Assembly (NCBI RefSeq): GCF_009914755.1
Contig: NC_060932.1
DNA: 64,000 nucleotides
Origin: the human T2T-CHM13v2.0 reference genome, Homo sapiens
Reading direction: 5' to 3' (one strand)
Part shown: piece after piece, positions 1 to 14,285 of the stretch
How the letters are laid out: each line of letters opens with the position of its first letter
Position numbering within the stretch: position 1 is the first letter of the stretch
The notes under the pieces: model-generated
Database searches by the model: none
What the model was told of the DNA's origin: nothing
The model's input: the letters and a program-made list of their open reading frames with translations, nothing else
Translations under genes and position numbers: made by a program

Positions 1-329
1 ACCAAATCTTATAAAACTCAATTCCCTACAATCTTAGAAAAGAGGCAAAAAAATAAAAATGAGGAATCAAGTTATTCTTCCCATCCTCTATCCTCTTCAT
101 AAACCCTGCTTCTAATCACAATATTCCTCCCAGGCATAAAACAAAAATTGCATTGCCTGCCTATGGATACAAAGAGGTTCGGCTGATGGTAGCAAGTGTT
201 GGGAAGGCTTGGCTTACAGAGCATTAGCTTATCCAAGCAGAACGTTCTCTGTTCCAATAATAGAAGGCAGGAGGAGTAAGAAACTGATCATTACAAAGGT
301 TGGACAAATCAGAAAAGGCTTTATGGACA

Positions 330-575
330 AGATGAAATTGACTTGGGCTTGACAGATAAAAAGGATTAAGAAGTTTAGAGAGTATTTCAGGGAAAGGTAA
401 CATTTGTGCAAAGATAATGAGGTAGGACATTAATACATTGAGGGGAGTGGGGTTTAGGGAGCAATGGAAGATAAAGTCAGATGGGTAGAGGAAGCCACTC
501 AAAGGCAGATCTTGAAAGTTACGTAGAAGTATTTACATTAGATGTAATCAGCAATAGGAAAACATGGAAGGTATA
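330..575 (-). mobile_element. L2 LINE fragment (old, antisense)
   Basis: Purine-rich text resembling antisense L2 (ggaaaggtaacatttgtgcaaag...gcaataggaaaacatggaagg); boundaries approximate. Confidence 0.45.
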
Positions 576-2864
576 AAATCAACCTGAAGAGACAAATGAC
601 AGGCCACTGGAAGGAATTCTGTTCTACTAGTTTTGGTTAATTTAATGAGATCTTGGAACTCTGGTAATGCTATCTTCAAAATGGCCCTTTTAAACTTCCT
701 GGACAATGTAGAAACCAGTAGAAGCCAAGCCCATTCTTCCATAATGGCAGATGTGGAAATCTTTACATCTTTAGTTAAGCGAGCCTTACAAAGAATTATG
801 GCACTTTGCTAAAGATCCGCTCAGAAGACAGATGACAGATAAATAAGCCTTCAACACATCTCTGCACTTGGAAATTGCAAAGCTGACAAAATGTTCAGAA
901 ACTCACCCAGAAGTAGTTTCCATACAAGAAAGTTTCCTTACTTGCTATTTCTTGAAAAGTGAGTAGATAATAATTCTTTAGGCCCAGGCTACCTCTGTGA
1001 TGACACACGCTTTGAAATGTAGTCTAAAAGAAGCAATAATGTAGAAAAAGGGCAAAGAGATGAAAAGGATCAGAAATGGCTACAAAGTCCATATGACATG
1101 GACTCCAACAAGATTACAGGTCATAAAGTGGTCTAAGCTTTCTGATTATCTAAATTTTCTGCATATGATGCTTCCTTTTTCCCTTAAGGACAACTGTAAG
1201 AAATACAAAATCTTTGGAGGAAAATGGAAAGCTAGCATATTTAGAATATTTTTTAAAAAGTTAAGCTTCATGCACTATTCTGTGCATTTCCTTATTTAGT
1301 AACAACTTTATTAAGTCTATAGGTATTTAGTAGTTTGCTCAAAATCACACAAAAAGATTTTAAATTAGGACACTCAGCCTTCATAATCAATACCTTTCAC
1401 ATGTTACTCACCTGGTATAACTAACAGAAATCATTTATCTGAATATATATATGGTCAGCCCAATTGATCTGAGTTTTCTTCTAAGAATTTTCAATAGTCA
1501 TACTGTTGAGCTATGTCTCTCTGAATTAAATCAAGCCTATAGCTAAAGGAGATCCCCTCTATAGTCCTTTCCTATTTTCTAACTGGTTTTACTCATTGTT
1601 TTATTCATTCGCTGTGTGTGTTTGAAGGAAGTTAAGCTTTGATATCATTTATTCATTCATACTTTCATATATTTCAGCACCTCTTATATGGAAGGCATCA
1701 ATGAGAACCAAAATAAAAACTACAATCCCTCACTCAAGAAGTTTAAAATGAAGTGAATGGACAATTGTGAGAAGAAATGCTATTGATCTTCCAAAGTTGT
1801 ATATTCGATAGTGAATATTGTATGTTTAAAGTAACCTTGCAAAATGTGTCATGTCAAATGTAATAAATTGTATGTTCTGACGAAGGAATGGAATGCCAGA
1901 TCTAAGGAACTGAAATTTATCTGGGCACTGGACAGTCGTTTTATATTTTTGAGGAGAAAAGCCATTTTAGTATTCCTTGAATATGTGTAGTTTCTTAAAT
2001 ACAATATATATGTAGCATGTAAGTACTGAATTTAGAATGGAAAAATACCTTTACAATTACCTTGTTCTATCCTCTTATTTGACAAGGAGGACATGCAAGC
2101 TCAGATAAGTGAAAATTACTTGCCTGGATCTGATAGGGCCTGAATTCTACATTTTCTAAATTTAAACTTCCTGGTAGATTGTCATTGAACTGAATGTCTA
2201 TTAACTCCCAAATCAGTACTTCGTCAGATCTTTGTGACCCAATATTGATTCATTATCTTATTTGCCAAATAAATAACAGTTTAAGCACAATGCTATGTGC
2301 TGGGTGTGAGGAGAAAAGTGACACACAGCCCCTGACCTAGAAAAACTTCCTTAATGTGGGAGAGGGTAAAATGCAAAGCAATACATGTGTTAATCCATTT
2401 GGATTCACAGGGTATTAGGAGAGAATAATAAATATATTGTGGCATCTTAATTACCCATTATGCTTATTAAAATGCATGAGTATTATATAAAACATTCCAA
2501 ATGAAATGCTGTCAAATTCATATGACATTGTTGTAAAACCCTCAAGATATTGAATAGCTTCATTAATGACACTGTTAGAAAAATACTGCTGCATTGCAGG
2601 CAATATTCCCATTTGGAATAAACTCATTTGCACTTTTCTCCTCAGCGATGGAGCCACTGCTTTGCTATCAGCCAGTGCTCCAGAAACTCCTTAAGCTAAA
2701 CCCACATTTAGGAAATAATAGAGATCGGTTTTTTGACTCCTCTAAAACCTTCTAAATCTTCCATAGCAGTTGGTCCATTTGCTGAGCTGCAGAACTCACG
2801 CTGTCATGAAGGAATTTTACTTCACAGATTCAAAGAGTGGTTCAGGGCTGTAATGGTCATTGGG

Positions 2865-2965
2865 GCATTTTTCTCATTTTTCAGGTGAGGAAACTGACAC
2901 TCAGAGAAACTGGATGACTTGCTAGTTAGCTGCCAGATGAAACTAGATCCCTAAATACCTAGCAA
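2865..2965 (-). mobile_element. MIR SINE fragment
   Basis: MIR core ttttcaggtgaggaaactgacactcagagaaa...tgacttgc. Confidence 0.65.
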
Positions 2966-3007
2966 CTGTCTGGTGCTGCTTCTGCTACAACATATTATCT
3001 GGACACC

Positions 3008-3417
3008 TGTCTTACTCTGTTTTGTGCTGCTATGATAGAATATCTGGGATTTGGTAATTTATTAACAAAAGAAATTTATTTGGATAACAGTTCTGGAGGT
3101 TGGGAATTCCAAAATCAGGCAGCCCACCTGGTGAGGGTTTCTTGCTGCTTTAACTCATGGTAGAAAGAGGGGAGGGGGAAGAGAAGGGGAATGTGTAAAG
3201 AGACCAAACACGAGAAAGAACAACCTGGTTTCTGCTAACTAATCCAATCCTGCAAGAGGGAGAACTTTCTTCCCCAGATGGTATTAATCTACTCGTGAGA
3301 GATCCATCCCTGTGACCCAATCACCTCCCACTAAGCTCCACTTCCCAAAACTGCCATATTGGGAATCAAATTTCAACATAAGCTTTGACAGGAACAAGCC
3401 ACATCTGAACCACAGCA
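3008..3417 (-). mobile_element. MaLR solo LTR, MST family
   Basis: Begins tgtcttactc and ends accacagca (reverse complements of MST termini); internal ccaatcacctcccac and aatttcaacat; 5-bp TSD acacc/atacc. Confidence 0.85.
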
Positions 3418-4129
3418 ATACCTTCTCCAATATAATTTTTCCATTATCAATAAACTCACAGTGACCCATTATGGCATGAGGTTCAAAAAGTGTTCTATCT
3501 ATTCATGAAACACTATTATGAGTCCACATGGATATTTATTCCAAGCAGGGAGCTCGAATGAGAAAGAATGACACAAACAGGGTTTTCTCTTTGTGGCACC
3601 TCTGCTGGGATGGGCCACCTTAGTCTGTTTCTTGTATTGAACATGATATCCTCTAGTGATTTATATAGAAAACTTTATGGAAACTGCAAGACAGAAATTC
3701 TTCTGGGTACTTTGCCTAGGTTATCTCATTCAGCCCTCACAAATCGTGACGGGTTTGTATGTGGTATGTGTGTGTGTGTGATTGTCTTTCTTTTGTAGAT
3801 TAAAAAACTGAGGCTCTGAGAAGTTATCTGTGCAGGTCACATACCTGGTAAATGGTAAATCTCAGAGAAACTTTGGTTTCTCTGAACTTAAATTCATGCT
3901 GCTTACACTGTGCCAGGTTACTCATTGAAAGCACCAACTCTGCCCTGAAATTAAGCAAAAGAAATATTTGTTTTCATATAGTGTAATTATATGTGTATAT
4001 TTCAGGGTTTCAAATTAACAGAACCATGTTGGAATTGGTATGACATTTTGCATTTCCCAAATGTTTTATAATTTTTTTGTCTGATCAACGAGAAAATCTT
4101 TATAAGTGATTTTGCAAGTCATAGTGTTT

Positions 4130-4172
4130 AGTTTTTTGTTTTTTGTTTTGTTTGTTTGTTTTGTTTTGTTTT
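4130..4172. repeat. (GTTT/GTTTT)n simple repeat
   Basis: gttttttgttttttgttttgtttgtttgttttgttttgtttt. Confidence 0.8.
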
Positions 4173-4360
4173 GGCAAGGAGTAGGAGCCTGAACAGAACT
4201 GACTTTGTCATTCTATGGCCTCAGAGGCAGGGATGAGTTACAGCTTTTTAAGTTTCCTGGGTTTTGTCCATGTCCTACGTTCATAAATCCATTCATCTCA
4301 GCTCCAGAATTGTAGACTCATCAGGGCCACTGGGAGCTATTGTCTAAAATACCAGGTCTC

Positions 4361-4670
4361 GGCCAGGTACGGTGGCTCATGCCTATAATCCCAGCACCTT
4401 TGGAGGCTTGGGCAAGCAGATTGCTTGAGCCCAGGAGTTTGAGACCAGCCTGGGCAACATAGCAAACCTCATATCTACAAAAAATTAAAAATAAGTTAGT
4501 CAAGCATGGTGGCATTTGCTTGTGGTCTCAGATACTCAGGAGACTGAGGTGGGAGGATCATTTGAATCTGGGAGGTTGAAGCTGCAGTGAGCTGAAATTG
4601 TGTCTCTGCCCTCCAGTCTGGGTGACAGAACAAGACCCTGTCTAAAAAAAAATAAATAAAAATAAATAAA
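4361..4670 (+). mobile_element. Full-length AluJ
   Basis: Dimeric Alu with J diagnostics (gcttgagcccaggag, gctgcagtgagc); A-rich tail; diverged TSD aaaataccaggtctc/aaagtaccaggtgtc. Confidence 0.93.
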
Positions 4671-5598
4671 GTACCAGGTGTCTCTTTTAAAGAGCAAAAT
4701 GAAAAACATTACCAAGATTGATGTGAAAGTCACAGAAACTGAGGTTTGTGATTTGTGGAAGACTCATTACCACATTGAAGTGTCAATGCCTCCATGCAAC
4801 CTAATGAACCCTTGGCCTTAAGTCACCCAGTATTATGCAATGTAATAAAAATCTACTGGGGTTCAGCGGGGTAGGTGATAGTGTCATGGTGTTACAACAC
4901 TTTTGTACAGTGGCCAACACAATGACTGCTTTCACATTCATTTCCTTCGGCTTCATTGATTATGTTGTGTGACTTTGCATAAACACAGCATAGATGTGAC
5001 TCTGATTTACATTGCAGTGACCTCTAGCAAGCGGCACCAATTTCCCTTCAACTCCAGTCTTGCAGCTCCCGAAACTCAATATTTGGGAATGGTACATTTA
5101 AACAAAGCCAAGGTGCTACAAGGTGGATCTAAAACCTAGGAGCTTTCTCATCTACCCCCAGCTTCAGGAATAGATAGTCATTGGAAACCCAGTTACACTA
5201 TGAGCAGAATAAGAAGAAGAAATGAAATCATGACGAAGGAATTTTACCAGCAGATATGAAAGAGTTGCAGGAACATGTTCTTCTGTAAAATATTGTGGTT
5301 AAAATCTACGAGGCTACGGTTAAAGTTTAAACCAGGTGCTAAAAGAACCACAGATTTGCTCCTAGCTCTGCTCTGATTCTTTGAAAATATTGGACATAAA
5401 ATTTGAACTCTGGTGCCTATTTTCACATCTGTAGTTTTAAACATATATCTACCAATTCTAATGACGACATGTCTTGGTCATATTTACCACACTTAGATCA
5501 CAGCAGTATCTAATTCATAGATGACACTAAAGTTAGGTCTATTGAATAAATTAGGGCTTGGTCTTCTTATTGCCTGTAGTGCTCACACATAATTAAAA

Positions 5599-5840
5599 GG
5601 CAGCATAGTATGGTGGTTAAGTGCACAGGTTGAGCCCAGTAAACTTGAGTCTGACTCTTCACTGTTTATACATGTAAACCTGGTTAAGTTCCATAATCAT
5701 TCTGTACCACACTTTCATCAAAGGTATGTTGTAATAATGGTACCTACATCATAAGATTGTTATAATAATTAGCTGAGTAAATATAAGTAAAGCAATCAGG
5801 GCAGAGCCTGGCATATAGAAAACACAAGTACATGTTATTA
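5599..5840 (+). mobile_element. Near full-length MIR
   Basis: ggcagcatagtatggtggttaagtgcacagg...gtacctacatcataagattgtt...gcctggcatatag. Confidence 0.85.
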
Positions 5841-7339
5841 AATTTGACCTTGTTAAAAAGATCTTTATTAACTCTATGATTTCCTGTTTATTCCCTTCCT
5901 GACAAGACTCTATTAAAACAATTAATGAATACTGAAATTGCCCAGTGAAGAGCAGGGGAAAGTGAAGGTAAAGATTAACTATCAAGAAGTAAGAGTAAAC
6001 ATTTTATACATCCCCAGATCTCCCAAGTTGCTCTCATGTCCTAGAATACAAACCAATCAATGCATTTCAAGGAGGCTCCTTTGTAAAACACAATGTATTA
6101 CTCATTAACTTAGGAATCTGGAAATAGAATGCATTTTCTCACAACTGCAAAAAGGAACAGAAGGGCAGGTATGCTACTTAATTCCCTTGTTTGAATTCAG
6201 TATTACAGTGTGTAGCATTTTTTACTAGAATACCCTGGGCATAACATGTTTATCATAAGCTTTCTCTTTGAGGCCTTTAATTTGCCCACACTCCCTCCCC
6301 TTGAGTTCCCATTGCAGTTCCACTAGGGAAGGAACTTTCTGATCCTATAGCCTACACATAGGTTAGAGGTTTGTCTGTCTTAATTTTACATTCCACTGAG
6401 CAAAGGAAATTGTTTCCAAAAGAATAAGGCAATAAAATTCCTAATTTTGCCTTTAAAATGCATAGGTAATCTATTTAGAATGATCTCTCTTTGAATACAT
6501 AGGTTTGAAACATCTTAGGGTATCGTGATTATGAGCTAATTCCTGCTCCATTCTTCCAGGCTGGGCTATAGCTCTTGGGCCTATCCTGTAAAGACTCAGC
6601 TCTGATCCAATTTAGATTAAACCAAAGGAGACCAAAAGAAAACTGGTAGCCACCCTGGGATAGGGTCAAGAACTGGTCCTGCTTGAACCAGCCCATGGTT
6701 TGTTCTGCAGTGATTCATAGACATCTGCTTGTCAGTGAGTTGCAATCTTTCATTAACCTCTACCATGAGTTTCCAGACCACATACCTGGGCTTCTGCTTC
6801 TGTTTCCTGAGTCGCACTCTATTTGTAATCCAGTTTCCTGATGGCATTGGAAATTGGAGCCGAAACCCAGCTGAAATAGAGAGGACCCTGACATACTACT
6901 TTACCCCGTTGTTATTTGCTTTGGGGACTGGACCACTTTTCTCTATTTCATATGTTGGTCTTTATTTTGTTCAAAATAACATGGACCACCTGGAACCATG
7001 ACATTGATTTCTAATTACCAGGCATATCTCCACTATATAGAAGTTCTTTATTTTGCACCACTCTTTAGATCAGACTCCTCTGTAAACAGACAGCTCAAAT
7101 CAAGAAATAATGCTACTTGTGGATACTCTCATTCTTATTTGTTTAAGCTCTCAGAGATAGCACCACATTTGGGTTTGTTAGTTCTGGCCTGGCTTATGCC
7201 TACTCACTCATGTCCTCACTGAGCAGCTACAGATGGTTAGTTCATCATGACCCATGGAAGGGCCTAACGCGATCCTACTTCATTAAAAATTAGAATCACA
7301 CACTCACAGACACACACACACATGCACACACACAAAAAT

Positions 7340-7645
7340 AATATTCGCAGAGTTACAATAGAAATACATGTACACATGCACAAAAATGTCATAGCAGGAT
7401 TATTTTTTTATTTCAAATCATTTAACAATAATGTATAAATAAATCATGGGCTATTCATACAATAGAGTACTACACAATAATAAATAAACATAATTTATTG
7501 GTACATGCAACATTATAGATAAATTCTGTAGGCATAACTGAGCAGAAAAAGCCAAACACAGAAGGATATATTCTCAGTGGTTGTGTCTGTATAAAGGGCA
7601 AAAACAGACAAAACTAAGTGGCTATAGTGATTACCTCTGGGAAAC
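7340..7645 (+). mobile_element. L1ME-type 3' end fragment
   Basis: ctattcatacaatagagtactacacaa...ctgagcagaaaaagccaaacacagaag...aaaacagacaaaactaa; preceded by a CA-rich tract at 7297-7333. Confidence 0.6.
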
Positions 7646-8149
7646 AGAAGAAAAGACACAGAGAACAAGAGTTAAGGAGTAAACATGAGTAAATCACAAA
7701 CTCCATCTTCTAGGAGCTAGCAGCCCTGTAGAGAACAGGAAAATGTAAACAGAGGTTTATGAAATTGGAAGTAGCACCTTAGGAGGCAGCAAGCAGAGAG
7801 CCTTTCCTTTGACTCCTAAGGCTCCCTAGAGATCTGGAAGGCTTTTATTTTATGATAGAGTTTATATTACAGCGAGTCCTGGAAATTGTCACCCATCTAC
7901 TATAACTTGACAAAAGAAGAACTTGAGGCATCCTAGGATGTAGATAATGTTTCATTGCAGTCTCTCAGTAAAAAGACAGACATTTTCACATTCAATATCT
8001 GTGCACTTTTCTGACTATGTATTATAATTATAACATTATTAAAGATAAAAAATATGGCCTCCTGCAATTAAGGTTCCTGCTGTTTAATTTTGGGGCTACA
8101 GATTTATAAATAGAACCTAATCTTCCCCTTGGCTATTTATCCATCCTCA

Positions 8150-8890
8150 TTCTACCAATATTCTTCTGTGGGCAGATGATGCCAAAGTCTATAGCTGTAG
8201 CCCTGACATCCCTATCCTGCTGTCAAGCACACTTGCCACACGGGACCACTTGAACACTTCCTCACCTTTGACAGCTTGTCTACAATACTATTCTTTCTGC
8301 CTCTAAAATCTGTTTAGTCCATTCTCTCCTCCCCTCCCTGATAATTATCACTCTTCTTGCCACCTCATGCATTTTCCTGGACAATTGTAGCTACCTCCTA
8401 ATCGGTCTTCACAACAGCAATTTGTATCCATCATAACTGTGACTCCATCAAGACCATAAATACGTTGACACCATTCTTTTGCTCAAAAGTGTTAATATCT
8501 CCCAAATGCTAACTGAATGAAATAAAAACCCCTAGGCCTGGCCTTCATAGCTGGTTTCAAGCTATCTCACTTATGCCTTTTGCTGCTCCACTTCTCATAT
8601 CTGATTCTTGTAGCTAGTCTGATTTTCTCAACATATGCTGTGTCTAGTCTTACTAATCATATTTTGTTTCTTTTATTCATAATTGGCCCTCTGCCATGGA
8701 TTTGTATTCTCCTATCTTCAGAGACCTAATTCTATGTATCCCGCAATGTCTAATTCAAATGCTACCTTTTTGATAAAAGTTTTTCCTCATTCCTTCCAGG
8801 TGCAATTTCTCGCTCCTTTCAAGGACCATCACCACTTTATTTTTATATCTTTTATATGTATTTATCAATTTTCCCCTTTTATCAATGGCC
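8150..8890 (+). mobile_element. L2 LINE fragment; 3' end probably resumes at ~9480-9620
   Basis: gcagatgatgccaaagtct...cctggacaattgtagctacctcctaatcggtct; L2 terminus ccatgccttgtacactgttagtgcactagaaatg near 9570-9605. Confidence 0.6.
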
Positions 8891-8997
8891 TAATTTGCAA
8901 ACAAACAAACAAAAAACTCAATGTGTAATGAGTAAGCAGTAGTTTGAATCCTACCTTTGTTGCTTACTAAGTGTGTGATTTGAGGCAAGTCATTTAA

Positions 8998-9312
<315 letters not shown>

Positions 9313-9980
9313 TTTTTTATCATGTCAAAATATGGAAGATGGCTGCAAATTTTCAGGACTCACTACAATATAAACTCCATCCTAAAATAAAAGCCTTCCA
9401 GATCACTACGGAGCCTTGGGAGTCAACAAAAAGACTTTCTGCTAGGTGCCCTCTAAGGCTACTCCCTGTTTCATAAACCTCTGTGTACATTTTCCTATCC
9501 TCTGCAAGGCTACAAGCCCCTAGAGGATGGAGTTTATGATTTACTCACGTTTAGTCCCTTAACATAAGCACCATGCCTTGTACACTGTTAGTGCACTAGA
9601 AATGTGTGTTAAGTAAATCATGGAAAAGAATCATATAATGAAAGGGTGGTATTTTACATAAAGAATTAGACAAGTCTAGAATTTACTGGGAATGACCAAA
9701 GAAGTTGTATTCATTGATAACATCAGGATCTAAACCCAGGTGTCATGTCTCAGAGGCTAAGACTCCAATAACTTGACAGTTCATCCAATCATAAATAAAA
9801 CAGTGAAAGGAACTCCAGGGATCATCTAGTTCAAGCACGTCGTTTTATAGGGTGTCCCTCCAACCGCTGAAATGCTTTTCCCACTTAATATAGCCAGAAA
9901 AGGCTACAGCAAGAGGCCAGGTTTGCTCTTTTCTCTAGAGATCTCTTCAGCTTGTCACTCTGCTTACCTCTGGAAGCCCT

Positions 9981-9993
9981 GTTGCTAGGCAAC
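9981..9993. promoter_or_regulatory. Candidate RFX X-box motif
   Basis: GTTGCTAGGCAAC, a near-palindromic match to the RFX consensus; motif only. Confidence 0.4.
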
Positions 9994-11049
9994 CATGAGC
10001 TCTTTCAACCACTTAAGTTTCAAGTGTATTTTATGAAATTTCTCTCCTTGATATACTTGAATGATGGTGGAATTTACTATGAGAAAGAACAAACCTGAAA
10101 ACAGCCAGCTTGTGAGCTTAGGGAAGTTAACTCAGTCCGGTTCCTCTAACTGGACAACGGGATTGTTTTGCTTGATGTGAATAATGAATAGGCTACTGGC
10201 TTTACAGCATTAAGCACCCCGAGTCCACACCAGCTCTGGGCATGTGGATGAAAGTGCTTGCATGTTTTTTAAGGGTGGTGAATATTAATCTCACTATGCC
10301 CTTTTAAAATACAGATTTTTTCCATGAAAATTACATGTATTGGTTATTTGCTTTAACAAGATTTTCACTTGGAAACTTCCACATTTTCACTTGGAACCTG
10401 ATTTTTATAGCAACTGCATATAGTACAGAGGCCTTTTTCTTGTACCTGATTTATGATCTTTCCCTGGAAATTGCCCTGGGGACCCCTCTGGCCCACTGCT
10501 GAACTCTGGTACTCTTGGTTTCTCTGGTTCCTTCAATAGGGGAGCAAATGGGAATTAAAACTGACTTCTTTAACTGGTTTCAGCCTTGCTATTCGTATTT
10601 GTCTGCAATGCAGCACAGCATTCTCTTCTAAGCACAGTGAGCTCTAACTCTGGCAGTGTTTTCATAATTTATAATATATTTTAATATTGGGACTCAGTTC
10701 ACATATTTGGGAGGATTCAGTTAGTTGTTTCTCAAAGGCTTGGATATAATACGACGTTTGTAGCCAGTTGCTCTTCTGGCCATTATTTTGTCTCATAAGC
10801 CAACTCTGAAACCAGTTTACTTCACAAAAACTGACAATAGTGGTTTTATTTTTAGCTCTTGAGCCAACTCTGCAATGATAAACAGTCAGTTATTTCAAAG
10901 GTGATACAAGAGCTAGGAATTATTATTCCAAAATATTTGAAAGTTGCCAAGGGCCATACAAATTTTATTAAATCACTTATAATAAAACATGTGAGAATTA
11001 CAAATTATAATAATTTACTTTTATATATCACTTTTCATAATACAAAATA

Positions 11050-11520
11050 CCTTAATATTGATGCTTACAATGACCTTGTGGGATAGGCAAAGCTCTCTGA
11101 AGGTAGGTATTAGCTCCAATTTATACACTTGAGAAGCTGAGACTAAGGGAAGTAACATGACTTGTCAGGAACATTCTGTGGAGGAGCTAGGACTTTAACC
11201 CAAGACTTTCAGTTCCAAACTCACCTCTCTATTACTAATGATACTCTTTGCCAAATATCAGAAGATTACACTTATTGAGCTACTTATCCCATACCTTGGG
11301 TGGTAGAAAGTAATGATAACTCTAATAAATGCTAATACTAAACGTCATGAATACATTTGGAATTCAAGTTCTATGACATACATGCTATTATTTTCCACAT
11401 TTTACTGATAAAGAAATTCAGGCAAAATCAAGTTACATAACTTGCCAAATGTCACATGTTTAAGAGAAAGGGTGAAGATTCAAATCGAGGCCAATTGCTG
11501 AGTTCTAAGCACCGCTATGA
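11050..11520 (-). mobile_element. Two adjacent MIR fragments
   Basis: gagaagctgagactaagggaagtaacatgacttg and ttttactgataaagaaattcaggc...aacttgccaaatgtcaca cores. Confidence 0.6.
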
Positions 11521-11868
11521 CTGATATAAGAAATATAAGGCAGCTAGCTGCAGAGAAAGGACAGTGGTGACCAAGCAAGTTCACAGGTTCATTTGAGGAT
11601 CCATCTTGGGACCTCATGTTCATTAACACAGTATTCACTTGCTACATGCTTCAAGCAAATAACTGGTTGGTTTACGACCATGCAGCTAAAGAATATTAGA
11701 CTCAAGTACTGTGGGTCTAAGAACACAGCTGAATCTGGTGGGTCGGGGTCATAGAGATGATTCCTTCTCTAAGTTACTGATTGGGACACTTGCCTTTGAT
11801 CCTGCTCTAAATAATTTCTATGTCTTTATTTTTTTTTCCCATGAGACATAACTTAAATAAAATCTGAT

Positions 11869-11997
11869 AGGATGATCATATGTCCCCATTTTCCCAGGTC
11901 CTTACTGTTTTACTTCTGTTGTTTCAGAGTAATTATTGACAACAGCCCCTCTCACTCTCAAAGGCTTCCCAGTTTGGGTAGTAGATATTATGATAAG
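11869..11997 (+). mobile_element. MER94-like hAT-Blackjack MITE
   Basis: aggatgatcatatgtcc...gtaattattgacaacagcccctctcactctcaaaggcttcccagtttgg matches recalled MER94 consensus. Confidence 0.65.
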
Positions 11998-13249
11998 AAA
12001 CCCATAATTTCCAGACTATCAAAATTTCAATTGAGTGGAAAACCTCACATTTTGTTGTATAACTGACTTGAATGTGGATAGTTAATAGCATTTTGCCTTG
12101 ATTAGGTTGAACTTAGCTCAGTCTCCTGTCTTTCATCTGCAAGATGGATATACCAATATAAATCTTGCATACTTATTATAAGGATTACATTATACACAAG
12201 CATTGGCTCCCCGTGAATTTGTTCCCATTCTTCACTTCCAGTATCCTTTATTTAATACTTAACTGAGGGCTGACAGTTGTTCTTTTCTATATATGCTGCT
12301 CGTCTCTTAAAATAGGTAAGCCCCTCAGTGGTCATGATCGAATGTTAAATCACTGTAAGTCCCAGTCACTTGATATGCTTCCTTGTAATTGCTTTTTGTG
12401 TAATAAATGTTTGCAGATAGTGGATTTGTCTATGAGTAGATCTTATTGAAATATTTAAGCATCTCTAGTATACAATAGTTTCATGGAATCAATGTTAATG
12501 TCAGAAAGTCATCCAGCCACAAATCTTACTCTCTTCTGTAAGCAAGTTCATCCTGGTGGTTACAATGCTTCTTTTATGCTACTAGGGTATTCCTTAGCAA
12601 ATAACTGCAAGATTGCTTTACATGTCATGGTGCATTGCAGCTAGAAGTCTTCCCTTCTTTCTGATCCTTATATCAATATTTGTTTTCTTCATTTTGTACA
12701 TGATAAAAGTTCTTCCTTTATTAAGGAACTAAATAGTATAGCAGTGGCTTTAAAGTGATTTAGGTGCTCTGTAAGAATTTCCAAGTTCCTTAAAGAAGCA
12801 CTGCATTGTATCTTAAGAAGGCACCACATGGTTTGGCTACAGAGAAAGTCAGTTCCAAGTTAAAGTTTACATGAAGATACGTTTGCAGGGGTCTTTGCAG
12901 CCTTCTGGACTGATGTGCATAGAATCTGTATAACACGCAGTTGAGAGGGAGAGTAAGACACAATGGCTAGCCTGAAACACACACACCAGAGCCATTCTAG
13001 AAGAATCTGACCCTGCTAGAAAGGCCAGCGGCAGAGATGACCAGGCAGGTCCCAGCGCAGTGAAACTGGCCTCAGTTAAGGTGTTCCAAGTGGTCAGTGT
13101 TGAGGAACAGAATGAGGTAGGGAGAGCATTTTATGGAAAAATCCAAGGAAGAGGGAGTAGGATTCTTGACAATCAGAGAAACTGTTGCTATGAGTCCAGG
13201 AAGTTTCCTCATTGAGAACTCTAGGCCTAGCCTCTTCAGGGATTAGGAA

Positions 13250-13430
13250 TTATACTTCCTCCATAAACACTTATCACATTTTATAGCAATTTCTTGTTAA
13301 TTATCTGTCACCTCACTAGACTGTAAACTATGTGAAGGTAAGGGAATCTCAGCCTTGTCCTGCTCTAATCCAGTACTCAGCAGGCACACTGTAATTGTTC
13401 AATAAATAATCGTTATGTAAATAAATGAAC
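13250..13430 (+). mobile_element. L2 3' end
   Basis: cactagactgtaaactatgtgaaggtaaggga...gttcaataaataatcgttatgtaaataaatga. Confidence 0.7.
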
Positions 13431-13734
13431 CAATAAGCTACATAAACAGCAGTATCTTAGCCATGAGTCTAGGTAGAACACTAAAGCAAAGCTTCATAAG
13501 GGAACTAATGAATCAGGCAAGTACCAGGTTGAAATTGTGGGTGTGATATGGACTCACCTCCATAGACAATATCCAAGGTCAACCTGGCAGAGACTCTATG
13601 GGACCACTGAAATTCAGGGTATAGCATATGGCTTAATCCCTAGTCTAACCAAAGAGAAGACACTACCATTGATATCCCCTGTTGCTGTTTTGCTCAGAGA
13701 ACACAAGTCTGACTGTTAATAGGTCAAGCCTTGA

Positions 13735-13850
13735 GGAGTCACAAAAGGCACTGGGGTATTTGTCCTTGCATTAGGTCATTTTAAGCAGATGCTCCTGGCA
13801 GATTCTGTAAAATCTACGTATTGGCTTCATTTTTGTTGTAATTTGATGGA
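13735..13850 (+). repeat. Local duplication A, copy 1
   Basis: Hand alignment to 15469-15583: 9 substitutions and 1 indel in 116 nt. Confidence 0.95.
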
Positions 13851-14076
13851 AAGCTGGGTATTGATTTTTAGAGTAAAAGCAAAAAATACTTGGAAAGGTT
13901 TTGATTCTTTCCATTAACTTTATTAGAACTATAACAAATCAGTCATCTATTAAGACCACAGCATTTTTATAGAGAAGACAGATTCCTACATTCAAATTGT
14001 TTTGTCCCAATCTCTGTCTCTCCCTAAGCAAACACAGTGTGTTACTCAACCATTCTTCTAAAGATATTTTTTTCTC

Positions 14077-14268
<192 letters not shown>

Positions 14269-14285
14269 TTAGAAAGACAAAAAAT

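Noticed and set aside
2620-2700. Splice acceptor ctcatttgcacttttctcctcag as a coding exon
   Set aside because: No convincing paired donor or ORF; such motifs are common by chance. A lncRNA exon cannot be excluded.
5012-5038. CTCF site (tgcagtgacctctagcaagcggcac)
   Set aside because: Three mismatches at core positions and wrong upstream-motif spacing. The candidate at 48659-48672 is similarly weak.
13735-13850. Duplicated snoRNA or miRNA
   Set aside because: No properly placed C/D or H/ACA boxes on either strand and no long hairpin by eye; an Rfam search would settle it.
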